From assembly GCA_964548865.1 (NCBI GenBank), contig CAZJTG010000005.1, positions 1-36,566 on the forward strand: DNA of 36,566 nucleotides, in the 5' to 3' direction. This stretch comes from an uncultured Solibacteraceae bacterium (lineage in GTDB: Bacteria; Acidobacteriota; Vicinamibacteria; Vicinamibacterales; SCN-69-37). The position numbers and the translations under genes were made by a program. Below the pieces are notes generated by a model. The model saw nothing but the letters and a program-made list of their open reading frames with translations, was not told the origin of the DNA and ran no database searches. Positions 1-8,494 of this stretch are shown piece after piece; within the stretch, counting starts at the first letter, position 1, and the number at the start of each line of letters is the position of its first letter.

Positions 1-41
1 AGGCTGATAAGCTCGTTAAGATTGCCGGGCCGCAACCTCTC

Positions 42-2015
42 GTGACTCGATTTCTCGCACTGATCCTCCTGCCCGCCGCCTTCGCGATGCACAGTGCCGC
101 TGCCACGGCGTCGGCCCAGGGCCTGCCGTTCATGTACGTCGCGCCGATTCCCGTGCCTCAGAAGGTGACCCATGAGGAGGCGGTGACGGTGTCGGCGACG
201 CGCACGGGCGCGCGGCTCGAGGACACGCCCACGCGCGTCGAAGTCCTGAACCGCGAGGAGATCGAGGAGAAGATGCTCATGACGCCCGGCGACATCGTCA
301 TGATGCTGAACGAGATGGGCGGCATGCGTGTGCAGACGACCTCGCCGGGACTCGGCGCGGCGACTGTCCGTGTGCAGGGCATGCGCGGCCGCTACACCCG
401 GTTCTTCTCAGACGGCCTGCCGCTCTTCGGTGAAGTCGGCGGCATCGGCCTGCTGCAGATTCCGCCCATGGATCTCGGCCAGGTGGAAGTCATCAAGGGC
501 GTCGCGTCGTCCCTCTACGGCGCCGGCGCCATGGGCGGCGTCGTCAACCTGATCTCGCGGCAGCCGGGGGAGGAACGGGAGCGGGAGATGCTCGTGAATC
601 AGTCCACCCGCGGCGGAACCGACCTCGTCGCCTGGTTCTCGACACCGGCCCGGACGGGCTGGTCGGCAACGCTCCTTGGCGGCGGGCATTTCCAGATCCG
701 GACCGACGTGAACGGCGACGCCTGGGCCGATCTGGCCGGTTATTCGCGAGGCATCGTGCGGCCTCGATTCTTCTGGAACAACGGCGCCGGCAGCACGTTC
801 TTCGGCACTGTCGGCGTGACCACCGAAACGAGAGAAGGTGGGACCAGCGACGACGGCGTGCTGCCGACCACGGGCCTGCCGTATCGCGAGGAACTGCGCA
901 CGCGCCGGATCGACGGCGGCGCTGTCGGCCAGGTGCTCGCGGGCCAGTACCTGGTCAGCGCCCGAGCGGCGTTCTCAACCGCGCGCCACGACCACCAGTT
1001 CGGCGAGAGCCGCGAGCGGGATCGTCATGACACGGTGTTCAGCGAAATTACCGCCCGCAGGCCCGTGGGCCGGACGACGCTCGTGATCGGAGCGGCGCTC
1101 GAGTACGACCGGTACGCCCAACGCTTTGCTCTGTTGAACCCGCCCGACTACCGTTTCAGCCACTGGGTGCCCGGCGCGTTCGTCCAGGCCGACGGCGAGC
1201 TTCGCCAGTGGGTGTCGATGAGTGCCAGCGCGCGCGTGGATTACCACACCGAGTACGGCACGTTTGTCAGCCCGCGGCTGTCGGCGCTCTTCAGGTCCGG
1301 CGTATGGACGAGCCGAATGTCGGTAGGCGCCGGATTCTACGGCCCGTCGCCGCTCACCGAGGAGACCGAGGCGGCCGGTCTCCAACGACTCCTGATTCCG
1401 GCGCCGCTCGTCGCCGAGCGCGGGACGAGCGCGTCCGTCAATCTCACGCGCAGCCAGGGGCCGTTGTCCGCCACCGTCACGGTGTTCGCGTCACGAATCG
1501 CGCATCCGATCAGCGTGGACCGATCCAGCGGTCTCGTGCTGACGAATCTCGACGATCCCGCGACGAACGCCGGAGTTGAATTGATCGGTACGTTGCGACG
1601 TGAGCCCTTCGCGGTCACGGCCACGTATTCGTTCGTCAGGTCGAAGGAGACGACGGGCGGCATCGCGCGCGACGTCGCGCTCACGCCACGCCACAGCGCA
1701 GGCGTGGTCGCCATGTGGGAGAGGGAAGACGTGGGCCGCGTCGGCCTCGAATGCTATTTCACGGGCCGCCAGCGTCTCGAGGAGAACCCGTACGCCTCAC
1801 ACAGCCGGCGGTACGTCATCGTCGGACTGCTCGCCGAGCGCCAGTTCGGACGGATACGGCTCTTCATCAACGGCGAGAATCTGACCGGTGTCCGGCAGAC
1901 GAAGTGGGATCCACTCATCCGGCCGTCTCGCGCCGGCGACGGGCGATGGACGGTGGACGCGTGGTCGCCCCTCGAGGGCCGCAATATCAACGGCGGAGTG
2001 CGGTTGCGTTTCTAG
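42..2015 (+). CDS. TonB-dependent outer-membrane receptor
   Basis: GTG start followed by a signal peptide (LALILLPAAFAMHSAAATASAQG). Plug-domain motifs are present (DTPTRVEVLNREEIE, GMRVQ..RG, IKGVASSLYGAGAMGGVVNLIS). The long beta-barrel-like region ends in ...NGGVRLRF, a terminal aromatic residue. High GC3 coding frame. Confidence 0.85.
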   Translation: MTRFLALILLPAAFAMHSAAATASAQGLPFMYVAPIPVPQKVTHEEAVTVSATRTGARLEDTPTRVEVLNREEIEEKMLMTPGDIVMMLNEMGGMRVQTTSPGLGAATVRVQGMRGRYTRFFSDGLPLFGEVGGIGLLQIPPMDLGQVEVIKGVASSLYGAGAMGGVVNLISRQPGEEREREMLVNQSTRGGTDLVAWFSTPARTGWSATLLGGGHFQIRTDVNGDAWADLAGYSRGIVRPRFFWNNGAGSTFFGTVGVTTETREGGTSDDGVLPTTGLPYREELRTRRIDGGAVGQVLAGQYLVSARAAFSTARHDHQFGESRERDRHDTVFSEITARRPVGRTTLVIGAALEYDRYAQRFALLNPPDYRFSHWVPGAFVQADGELRQWVSMSASARVDYHTEYGTFVSPRLSALFRSGVWTSRMSVGAGFYGPSPLTEETEAAGLQRLLIPAPLVAERGTSASVNLTRSQGPLSATVTVFASRIAHPISVDRSSGLVLTNLDDPATNAGVELIGTLRREPFAVTATYSFVRSKETTGGIARDVALTPRHSAGVVAMWEREDVGRVGLECYFTGRQRLEENPYASHSRRYVIVGLLAERQFGRIRLFINGENLTGVRQTKWDPLIRPSRAGDGRWTVDAWSPLEGRNINGGVRLRF

Positions 2016-2062
2016 CGGCGTGCCCGGCGTAACCTCGGCGCCGAGCGGCGGTCAAACTGATC

Positions 2063-2881
2063 GTGAGACGTCCCGTCGCAGTCCTGCTTCTCGCATCGAC
2101 CATGGCCGCGGTCGCCGGAGCTCAGGGCCGGCGGCAGGCGGTTCCGGCCGGCCTCGAGCGCCGCAGCTGGACCGTCGGCGGTGTCGAGCGCACCGCGCTC
2201 ATCGCGGGCCCGAAACCCGGCGAGCGCGGAACCGCGGCCAAGGCGCCGCCGGTCGTGCTGGTGTTTCACGGGCACGGTGGGACGTCCCTTCAGGCGTCGC
2301 GCTCGTTTCGCATTCACGAGGCGTGGCCCGAGGCGGTCGTCGTGTACCCGCAGGGCCTCCCGACCGTGGGACAGCTCACCGACCCACAGGGGCAGCGGCC
2401 CGGCTGGCAGCACATGCCCGGCGGGGAGAACGATCGCGACTTGAAGTTCGTTGACGCGATGCTGGCCTGGATCGGCGAGACCTACGGGCTCGACGCCTCG
2501 CGCACGTTCGCCGCCGGACACTCGAACGGCGGTTCCATGGTCTACACCCTCTGGGCCGCGCGAGGCGATCGGCTCAAAGCCGTCGCCCCATCGTCATCAA
2601 TCTTCCGGCCCGACGTCAGCGCGCGCGCGAAGCCGATGCCGGTGTTCATCGTCGCCGGCAGGCAGGACGCCCTCGTTCGGTTTGCCGGGCAGGAGCGCAG
2701 TCTGCGATCCGTCGTGCGACTCAACCAGGCGTCGGAGTCTCCCGAGCCCTGGTTCGCGGGCGCCACGATTCGCCGCTCACGCGCCGGCGCGGACGTCGTG
2801 GCCTACATCCACGAGGGCGGCCATCAGCTGCCCGACGATGCGGGCACGCTGATGGTCCGCTTCTTCAAGATGTTCATCTAG
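2063..2881 (+). CDS. Secreted alpha/beta-hydrolase, PHB-depolymerase-family esterase (LpqC-like)
   Basis: Signal peptide (MRRPVAVLLLASTMAAVAGAQG). VLVFHGHGGT oxyanion-type motif and GHSNGG nucleophile elbow (G-x-S-x-G). C-terminal His region (HEGGHQLP). Confidence 0.7.
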   Translation: MRRPVAVLLLASTMAAVAGAQGRRQAVPAGLERRSWTVGGVERTALIAGPKPGERGTAAKAPPVVLVFHGHGGTSLQASRSFRIHEAWPEAVVVYPQGLPTVGQLTDPQGQRPGWQHMPGGENDRDLKFVDAMLAWIGETYGLDASRTFAAGHSNGGSMVYTLWAARGDRLKAVAPSSSIFRPDVSARAKPMPVFIVAGRQDALVRFAGQERSLRSVVRLNQASESPEPWFAGATIRRSRAGADVVAYIHEGGHQLPDDAGTLMVRFFKMFI

Positions 2882-2897
2882 GCGCTTCAGGGAGCGT

Positions 2898-3752
2898 TCA
2901 GCCGCAACAGTCCGGACCGCAGCACGCCGTTGACGGGGACGCGCCCGCCGGCCGCGTGGCCCGCACGAAGGCGCTTGCGAACTTGCCGCTCGCCTGTTCC
3001 GCGATTGTAGCGGGGTCGATGCCGGCGTCGGCCAGGAACTGGCTCGCGTCCTTCACGTCGTACACGCGCCAGGGATCGACGGACACGTCGGAGAAGCCCG
3101 CGGCTTCGAGCCGGGCGCGATAGTCGGTTTCCTGCAGCGCTCCAGCGACGCAGCCGATCCAGAGCTCCACGTTGCGCCGGATCTCGTCCGGCACCGGCCC
3201 ACGCACCACCACGTCGGAGACGGCGAACCGGCCGCCAGGCTTGAGCACGCGGAAGGCCTCCCGCAGCACGCGATCCTTGTCGGTCGAGAGGTTGATGACG
3301 CAGTTGGAGATCACGACGTCCACCGACTGGTCGGGGAGCGGGATGGATTCGATCTCGCCCTTGAGGAACTCGACGTTGGTGACGCCGGCCTTCTGTTGAT
3401 TCGCGCGGGCGAGCGCGAGCATCTCGTCGGTCATGTCGAGGCCGTAGACCTTGCCGGTCGGACCGACGCGTCTGGCGGAAAGCAGCACGTCGATGCCGCC
3501 GCCGGACCCCAGGTCGAGCACGGTCTGTCCCGGCTTGAGCTCGATCAAGGCCGTTGGATTCCCGCAGCCGAGGGAAGCCGAGACCGCCTCGTTCGGCAGT
3601 CCGGCCTTCTGGTCATCCCCGTACAGGTTCGACGTGATCGGGTCGCCGCTCTCGCTGCCGCCGCAGCAGCCGCCCGTCTTCACGCCCGCCGCGATGCGGC
3701 CGTATTTGTCCCGAATCGCCGTCTGCATCGCTGTCCGTGTCGTGTCCGCCAT
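2898..3752 (-). CDS. arsM: Arsenite S-adenosylmethionine methyltransferase (ArsM-type)
   Basis: SAM motif I VLDLGSGGGIDV. Conserved Cys positions: GGCCGG near the N-terminus, SNCVINLS and IGCVAGAL. Cys-rich tail TACCGPDCCG. Divergent from an ArsR gene. I chose the ATG at 3752 (MADTTRTAMQ...) rather than the track start at 3797. Confidence 0.8.
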   Translation of the reverse strand: MADTTRTAMQTAIRDKYGRIAAGVKTGGCCGGSESGDPITSNLYGDDQKAGLPNEAVSASLGCGNPTALIELKPGQTVLDLGSGGGIDVLLSARRVGPTGKVYGLDMTDEMLALARANQQKAGVTNVEFLKGEIESIPLPDQSVDVVISNCVINLSTDKDRVLREAFRVLKPGGRFAVSDVVVRGPVPDEIRRNVELWIGCVAGALQETDYRARLEAAGFSDVSVDPWRVYDVKDASQFLADAGIDPATIAEQASGKFASAFVRATRPAGASPSTACCGPDCCG

Positions 3753-3773
3753 CACTCGCGCTCCATGGGTTAC

Positions 3774-3833
3774 ATACGCCTTAACGAATATGGACAATCA
3801 TCCCCGCGACCGAGTATATTTGTCAAGGCGTAT
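3774..3833. promoter_or_regulatory. Candidate ArsR operator: 18-bp inverted repeat (16/18 match) with 24-bp spacer in the arsM/arsR divergent intergenic region
   Basis: ATACGCCTTAACGAATAT (3774..3791) versus the reverse complement of ATATTTGTCAAGGCGTAT (3816..3833), which is ATACGCCTTGACAAATAT. The right arm abuts the arsR ATG at 3834. Confidence 0.4.
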
Positions 3834-4247
3834 ATGGGACACGGAGTTCACGGAGAGCGTTCTTCGCACAGGGGCGACCGGGAGCTGGCGGCCGTCGATC
3901 GACTGCTGAAGGCCCTGGCCGATCCCACCCGCATGCGGATGGTCGGTCTGCTCGCAGGCGGCGAAATCTGCGTCTGCCACGTGCACGACAGCCTGAGGAT
4001 TTCGCAGCCGAAGGCCTCCCGGCACCTCGCGTACCTTCGCCGCGCCGGCGTCGTGCAGGGGGAGAAGCGGGGACTCTGGGTGTATTACAGGCTTGCGGAC
4101 CAGCCAACCGAAGGGGCGCAGCGCCTGCTCGACGCGGCAATCGCGTGCGCCAGCGGACTCGAAACCACGAGAAGGGACTGCTGCCGCCTCGAGAAGGCGC
4201 GGCCGGATCGCCCGGCCGCGTCATCGCGAGCCTGGCGCCGACTGTGA
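3834..4247 (+). CDS. arsR: ArsR/SmtB-family metalloregulator
   Basis: wHTH core LLKALADPTRMRMVGLL...SQPKASRHLAYLRRAGVV...G..VYYRL. Canonical type-1 As(III) site ICVCHV (CVC motif), plus a C-terminal CC pair. The start is taken at the in-frame ATG at 3834 inside the longer track ORF 3396..4247. Confidence 0.8.
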   Translation: MGHGVHGERSSHRGDRELAAVDRLLKALADPTRMRMVGLLAGGEICVCHVHDSLRISQPKASRHLAYLRRAGVVQGEKRGLWVYYRLADQPTEGAQRLLDAAIACASGLETTRRDCCRLEKARPDRPAASSRAWRRL

Positions 4248-4305
4248 CCTGAGCGGGCGGTTGGCGACGACAGCATCGCCTGCTAGGCTGCACGAACCTG
4301 TGGCG

Positions 4306-6567
4306 ATGAACGCGCGGACGCTGATACTCGTCGGCCTCTTCTTCCTGTCGGGAATCAGCGGCCTGATCTACCAGTCGCTCTGGCTCCGCCTGCTGTCCCT
4401 GGTGTTCGGCGTGACCGTCTATGCCGCCAGTACCGTCCTGGCCAGCTTCATGGCCGGTCTGGCCCTGGGTACGTTATTCGCCGGCCGGCTGGCGACCCGG
4501 ACTCGGCGCCCTCTGGTGTGGTTCGGCGCCATCGAGCTTGGCATTGGCGCGCTCGCGCTGCTCACACCATGGGCGCTCGAGCTCGTGGCCCACGTCTGGA
4601 TCGCCCTGCACACTCGTGTGCCTGACAACCTGTGGGCGGTGACCGCGGCGCGCTTCTTCTGCTCGCTGGCCGTGCTCGTGGTCCCGACGATGCTCATGGG
4701 CGCCACGCTGCCGCTCGTGGTCCGTTCATCGGTGGCAGGCAGAACTCTCGCCGGTCCGGCAGTGGGTGCGCTGTACGCCTCCAACACGACCGGAGCCATC
4801 ACGGGGGCGCTCGTCGCCGGCTTCGTGTTGATCGGTGGCGTCGGTATCACGCGGAGCTTTCACATCGCCGCCGCCCTCAATGCGTTCGTGGGCCTGGCGG
4901 CCCTGGCGCTCTCGGCCAGGGAGGCTCCGATCCGTGCCGGGCACGAGGGTCCCGCGACAGATTCGGCACCGGTCGTCAGTCGAATCGGACAACTGGCGTT
5001 CGCCTTCTCGGGATTCGCGGCGCTCGCCCTCGAGGTCGTCTGGTTCCGCGTCCTCGTCATCGTGGTTCCGGCAACCACGTATGCCTTCACGACGATGCTG
5101 GCCGCAGTCTTGATCGGACTTGCCGCCGGGAGCGCGCTCGCCGCGCCGTGGCTGCGGCGTTCGCGAAACTGGGTCAGTCTGTACGGTGGCATCCAGATGG
5201 CCACGGGCCTGCTGACCGTCGGCGCCATGGGCTGGTATCTCGATGGGTACGGCGCGGGTTCGGTGCGCGGATCTGATTACATCGCGTCGCTGTTCGTCAT
5301 TGTTCCGCCGGCACTGGCGATGGGATTTGCGTTCCCGGTCGGCATTCGGGCGTGGGTGGACGTACCCGGCGCACCTCACGATCAACGCGCGGCTCGGGTG
5401 GCGCGCCTCTACGCCGCCAACGTTGCGGGCGCCATCCTCGGCGCCGCCGTCGGCGGATTCCTGCTGCTTCCTGGCGCCGGCAGCCTTCTCAGTCTGATCA
5501 TCCTCGGCGCAGGCTTCGTGCTCTCGGGGTTGCTGCTCGTCTGGTACGGCGGGTCGGGCCGACGTCCTGTCCGGATAGCGACTTCGCTCATTGCCGCTGG
5601 CGCGTTCGGGTGGCTGGCAGCGGGAGTGCCAACGCCGTTCGCCGCGGTGGAAGGGCGACGAGTCCCTCAAGGCCAGCGCCCGCTGTTCATTGAGGAAGGT
5701 GTGCAGACGACCGTTGGCGTCTACCGAAACTCCGAGGGCCGGCACACGCTGTATCTCGACGGTCTGCATCAGGCGAACGACTCGCCATCGATGGTGCGCG
5801 TGCACAGGGAGATAGGACTGCTGCCGGCGGCGATTCATCCCGCCCCAGGGAAGGGCCTCGTGATCGGGCTTGGCGGCGGAGTTACCGGCGGCGCCCTTTC
5901 CACGATCGACGGGCTCACGCTCGATATCGTAGAGCTGAGCGAGTCCGTGATCCGCGGTGCGAACTGGTTCCGGCACGTCAACGACGACGTACTGAAACAG
6001 CCGAACGTGCGGCTTCGTGTCGGCGACGGACGCAATCATCTGCTGACGACGCGCGAACGCTACGACATCGTCACCGCCGACATCATCCAGCCGATTCACG
6101 CCGGGGCCGGCAACCTGTATTCAGCCGAGTACTACCGGCTCGCGAAGAATGTGCTGGCCCCGGGCGGAGTGATGCTGCAGTGGATCGGCCACCGGCCGGA
6201 AAGCCAGTATCGGCTCATGGTGCGCACCTTCCTCGAGGTGTTTCCGCACGCGACGGCCTGGGCCGGCGGCACCCTGCTCGTCGGCACAGCGGAACCACTG
6301 ACACTCGATCCAGTGATGTTCCAGGCGAAGTTGTTGCAGGAGGGCACCCGTCGTGCGCTGGCGTCAGTCGATCTCGCGAGCTTCGAGGCCCTGCTCCGTG
6401 GGTACACGGCCGGACCCGACGAACTGCGCGCGTTTGTCGGTCCCGGTCCGATCCTGACGGACGACCATCCACGCGTGGAGTATCACCGCTCACTCCCGGC
6501 GAACGAGCCCGAGATCGACACCAGCCGGCTTCGAAGCGACCCCGCGCGGTGGGTCATTACGCGGTGA
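4306..6567 (+). CDS. Fused MFS-like polytopic membrane domain / spermidine-synthase-like domain protein
   Basis: N-terminal ~480 aa of repeated hydrophobic helices (LILVGLFFLSGISGLIYQSLWLRLL...). The C-terminal part has a class-I MTase/spermidine-synthase-like fold with motifs LVIGLGGGVTGGA, DIVELS and YDIVTADIIQP. The ATG at 4306 was chosen (GTG at 4300 is possible). The track's N-terminal extension overlaps arsR. Confidence 0.8.
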   Translation: MNARTLILVGLFFLSGISGLIYQSLWLRLLSLVFGVTVYAASTVLASFMAGLALGTLFAGRLATRTRRPLVWFGAIELGIGALALLTPWALELVAHVWIALHTRVPDNLWAVTAARFFCSLAVLVVPTMLMGATLPLVVRSSVAGRTLAGPAVGALYASNTTGAITGALVAGFVLIGGVGITRSFHIAAALNAFVGLAALALSAREAPIRAGHEGPATDSAPVVSRIGQLAFAFSGFAALALEVVWFRVLVIVVPATTYAFTTMLAAVLIGLAAGSALAAPWLRRSRNWVSLYGGIQMATGLLTVGAMGWYLDGYGAGSVRGSDYIASLFVIVPPALAMGFAFPVGIRAWVDVPGAPHDQRAARVARLYAANVAGAILGAAVGGFLLLPGAGSLLSLIILGAGFVLSGLLLVWYGGSGRRPVRIATSLIAAGAFGWLAAGVPTPFAAVEGRRVPQGQRPLFIEEGVQTTVGVYRNSEGRHTLYLDGLHQANDSPSMVRVHREIGLLPAAIHPAPGKGLVIGLGGGVTGGALSTIDGLTLDIVELSESVIRGANWFRHVNDDVLKQPNVRLRVGDGRNHLLTTRERYDIVTADIIQPIHAGAGNLYSAEYYRLAKNVLAPGGVMLQWIGHRPESQYRLMVRTFLEVFPHATAWAGGTLLVGTAEPLTLDPVMFQAKLLQEGTRRALASVDLASFEALLRGYTAGPDELRAFVGPGPILTDDHPRVEYHRSLPANEPEIDTSRLRSDPARWVITR

Positions 6568-6586
6568 ACAGGAGTATCCTTTCCGC

Positions 6587-7879
6587 ATGCTGACACGACG
6601 TGCGTTTCTCAATGCCACCGGCGTCGCGGGCGCGACCCTTGCGGTGAAAACCAACGGCCTGGCCGAGGTGCTGGCCGCATCCACGCAGGTGGCCGGCAGG
6701 TCAGCCGCCGACGTCGCGCAGGACGAGTTCTACTGGCGCGAGATCCAGCAGTCCTTCGCCCTCGATCGCACGGTCATCAATCTCAACACCGGCCATCACT
6801 GCTCGCAGCCCACGGTCGTCCTCGACGCCGTGAAGCGCTACCTCGACCTGGAGAACATGCTGCCCGTGCGCTACGGCGGCCAGATCAACGGGAACATCGA
6901 GACCGTGCGCCGCGAGCTCGCGAAGGAGTTCGGTTGCGACACGGAGGAGATGGCGATTACGCGCAACGCCAGCGAGTCGCTCCAGATCCTCCAGAACGGA
7001 ATCGACCTCGCGCCCGGCGACGAAATCATCACCACCGATCAGGACTACGGGCGCATGCTGACGACGTGGGATCAACGCCAGCGGCGGGACGAGATCGCCG
7101 TCAAGCGCGTGCAGTTCCCCGTGCCGACCACCGCCGACGATCTGTACACGCGCATCGCGCAGGCGATCACGCCGAAGACGAAAGTTCTGCACTTCTGTCA
7201 CATTACGAACCTCACTGGCCAGCTCTTTCCGGTGCAGCGGATCTGCCGGATGGCCCGCGCCCGCGGCATCGTCACCATCGTCGACGGCGCGCACGCCGGC
7301 GGGCAGTTTCCCTTCAAGCTGCGCGAGCTCGAGTGCGACTCCTACGGCGTGAGCCTCCACAAGTGGCTGCTCGCGCCGAACGGCACCGGCCTGCTCTTCG
7401 TGAAGCGCGACATGATCCAGCGGTTCTGGCCGCTTCAGGCGGCCCCCGCGACGAACACCGCGGACATCCGCAAGTTCGAGGAGATTGGCACGGCGCCCGC
7501 GGCGATCAAGGCCGGCATCGCCGACGCGCTTGCGTTCCACCAGGCAATCGGCGCCGAGCGCAAGGCGGCGCGGCTCTACTACCTGACCATGCGCTGGGCC
7601 AACGCGCTCAAGCCGCATCCCCGGATTCGCATGCACTCGAGTCTGAAGCCTGGCGAGACGTGGGGCGTCGCCACCGTCGGCATCGACGGCATGGAGCCGG
7701 GGAAGATCACGTCATTCCTCTGGGACAAGTACCGCATCGTGACCGCCGGCATTTCCGGCGGCCAGCCGCCCGCGCCGCGCTTCGACTACAAGGGTATTCG
7801 CGTCACGCCGAACGTCCACACGACGATCGGCGAGATCGATACGTTCATCGACGCGATGCAGGAGCTGCTCAAGACCTGA
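6587..7879 (+). CDS. Tat-signal class-V-fold PLP-dependent aminotransferase (cysteine desulfurase/isopenicillin-N-epimerase-like)
   Basis: Twin-arginine leader MLTRRAFLNATGVAGATLAV. Fold-type I motifs: ITRNASESL, TIVDGAH, and SLHKWL (candidate PLP lysine). Confidence 0.8.
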   Translation: MLTRRAFLNATGVAGATLAVKTNGLAEVLAASTQVAGRSAADVAQDEFYWREIQQSFALDRTVINLNTGHHCSQPTVVLDAVKRYLDLENMLPVRYGGQINGNIETVRRELAKEFGCDTEEMAITRNASESLQILQNGIDLAPGDEIITTDQDYGRMLTTWDQRQRRDEIAVKRVQFPVPTTADDLYTRIAQAITPKTKVLHFCHITNLTGQLFPVQRICRMARARGIVTIVDGAHAGGQFPFKLRELECDSYGVSLHKWLLAPNGTGLLFVKRDMIQRFWPLQAAPATNTADIRKFEEIGTAPAAIKAGIADALAFHQAIGAERKAARLYYLTMRWANALKPHPRIRMHSSLKPGETWGVATVGIDGMEPGKITSFLWDKYRIVTAGISGGQPPAPRFDYKGIRVTPNVHTTIGEIDTFIDAMQELLKT

Positions 7880-7885
7880 CTTTCG

Positions 7886-7929
7886 ACACACACGGAGATC
7901 GCGGAGCAGGCGCGAAGATCACGGAGAAC
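7886..7929. repeat. Partial copy of the CACACGGAGATC repeat family (forward units only)
   Basis: ACACACACGGAGATCGCGGAGCAGGCGCGAAGATCACGGAGAAC lies in the convergent gap between the aminotransferase and OsmC. It shares CACACACGGAGATC with the elements at 10380 and 12531. Confidence 0.4.
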
Positions 7930-7959
7930 TACTTGGGGAAGGCGGCGTGCCGCGCCGCG

Positions 7960-8391
7960 TCATCGTTCGATCTCGATCTGCAGGTGAGCCCTGGCCTTCA
8001 GCGATTGGGTGATGAGGCACGTCTCTTCAGCCTTGGCCAGGATCCGGCGAGCCTGATCTTCGGCAACGGTCTCGGGCAGCACGGCTCGCACGCGCAGCTC
8101 GAACCTCGTGAACTGCGTCACCCGATCGGGCCGCTCGAGGGTGCCGACGCACTCGACCGAGACGCTGATCCACCGCATGTTCGAGGCTTTCGCGATGCCC
8201 CTGAACGTGAGCAGGAAACAGTCGGCGACCGCGGCCACGAGCAGTGTCTCCGGCGACCACCGTCCGCCGGGTCCGTCGAATTCAGGCGGCGCGGCCGTCG
8301 CAAGCGGCGGGACGCCTTCCGTGTGGAGGACGATGTCGCCGTCCGGCGCAGCGGTGGACGTGACGGTGTACACGTGAGGAAACGGATGCAT
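7960..8391 (-). CDS. OsmC/Ohr-family peroxiredoxin-like protein
   Basis: 143 aa. Motifs typical of the OsmC fold: PEFDGPGGRWSPETLLVAAVADCFLLTF and AEETCLITQSL, with two conserved Cys. Confidence 0.85.
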   Translation of the reverse strand: MHPFPHVYTVTSTAAPDGDIVLHTEGVPPLATAAPPEFDGPGGRWSPETLLVAAVADCFLLTFRGIAKASNMRWISVSVECVGTLERPDRVTQFTRFELRVRAVLPETVAEDQARRILAKAEETCLITQSLKARAHLQIEIER

Positions 8392-8494
8392 ATCTTGTGA
8401 GGAGCAACTCCCGTGCCGGTCATCAGCGACAGATCGGCCGGGGTGTGCGACGAGTCTGCCCCAGGTCGGCGCGGGCTATTCCCCACGTGCCTTC

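Noticed and set aside
3396-3833. N-terminal 146-codon extension of the arsR ORF, and similar extensions at 4093..4305, 22615..22746, 23507..23677, 27029..27385 and 28567..29226
   Set aside because: The extensions overlap neighbouring genes or intergenic DNA and are Arg/Pro-rich. Internal ATG starts give proper signal peptides or family-typical N-termini.
4726-6099. 457-aa minus-strand ORF antisense to the MFS/spermidine-synthase-like gene
   Set aside because: Arg/Gly/Asp/Pro-rich with no recognisable motifs. It is a typical shadow ORF of a high-GC coding region. The + frame has transmembrane helices and SAM-fold motifs.
7874-7885. Shared 12-mer ACCTGACTTTCG next to repeat copies (also at 12494..12505)
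   Set aside because: 12-mer matches are expected by chance many times in 36 kb. In one case the match overlaps a stop codon, and in the other it overlaps the reverse complement of a ribosome-binding region. This is not convincing as part of the element.
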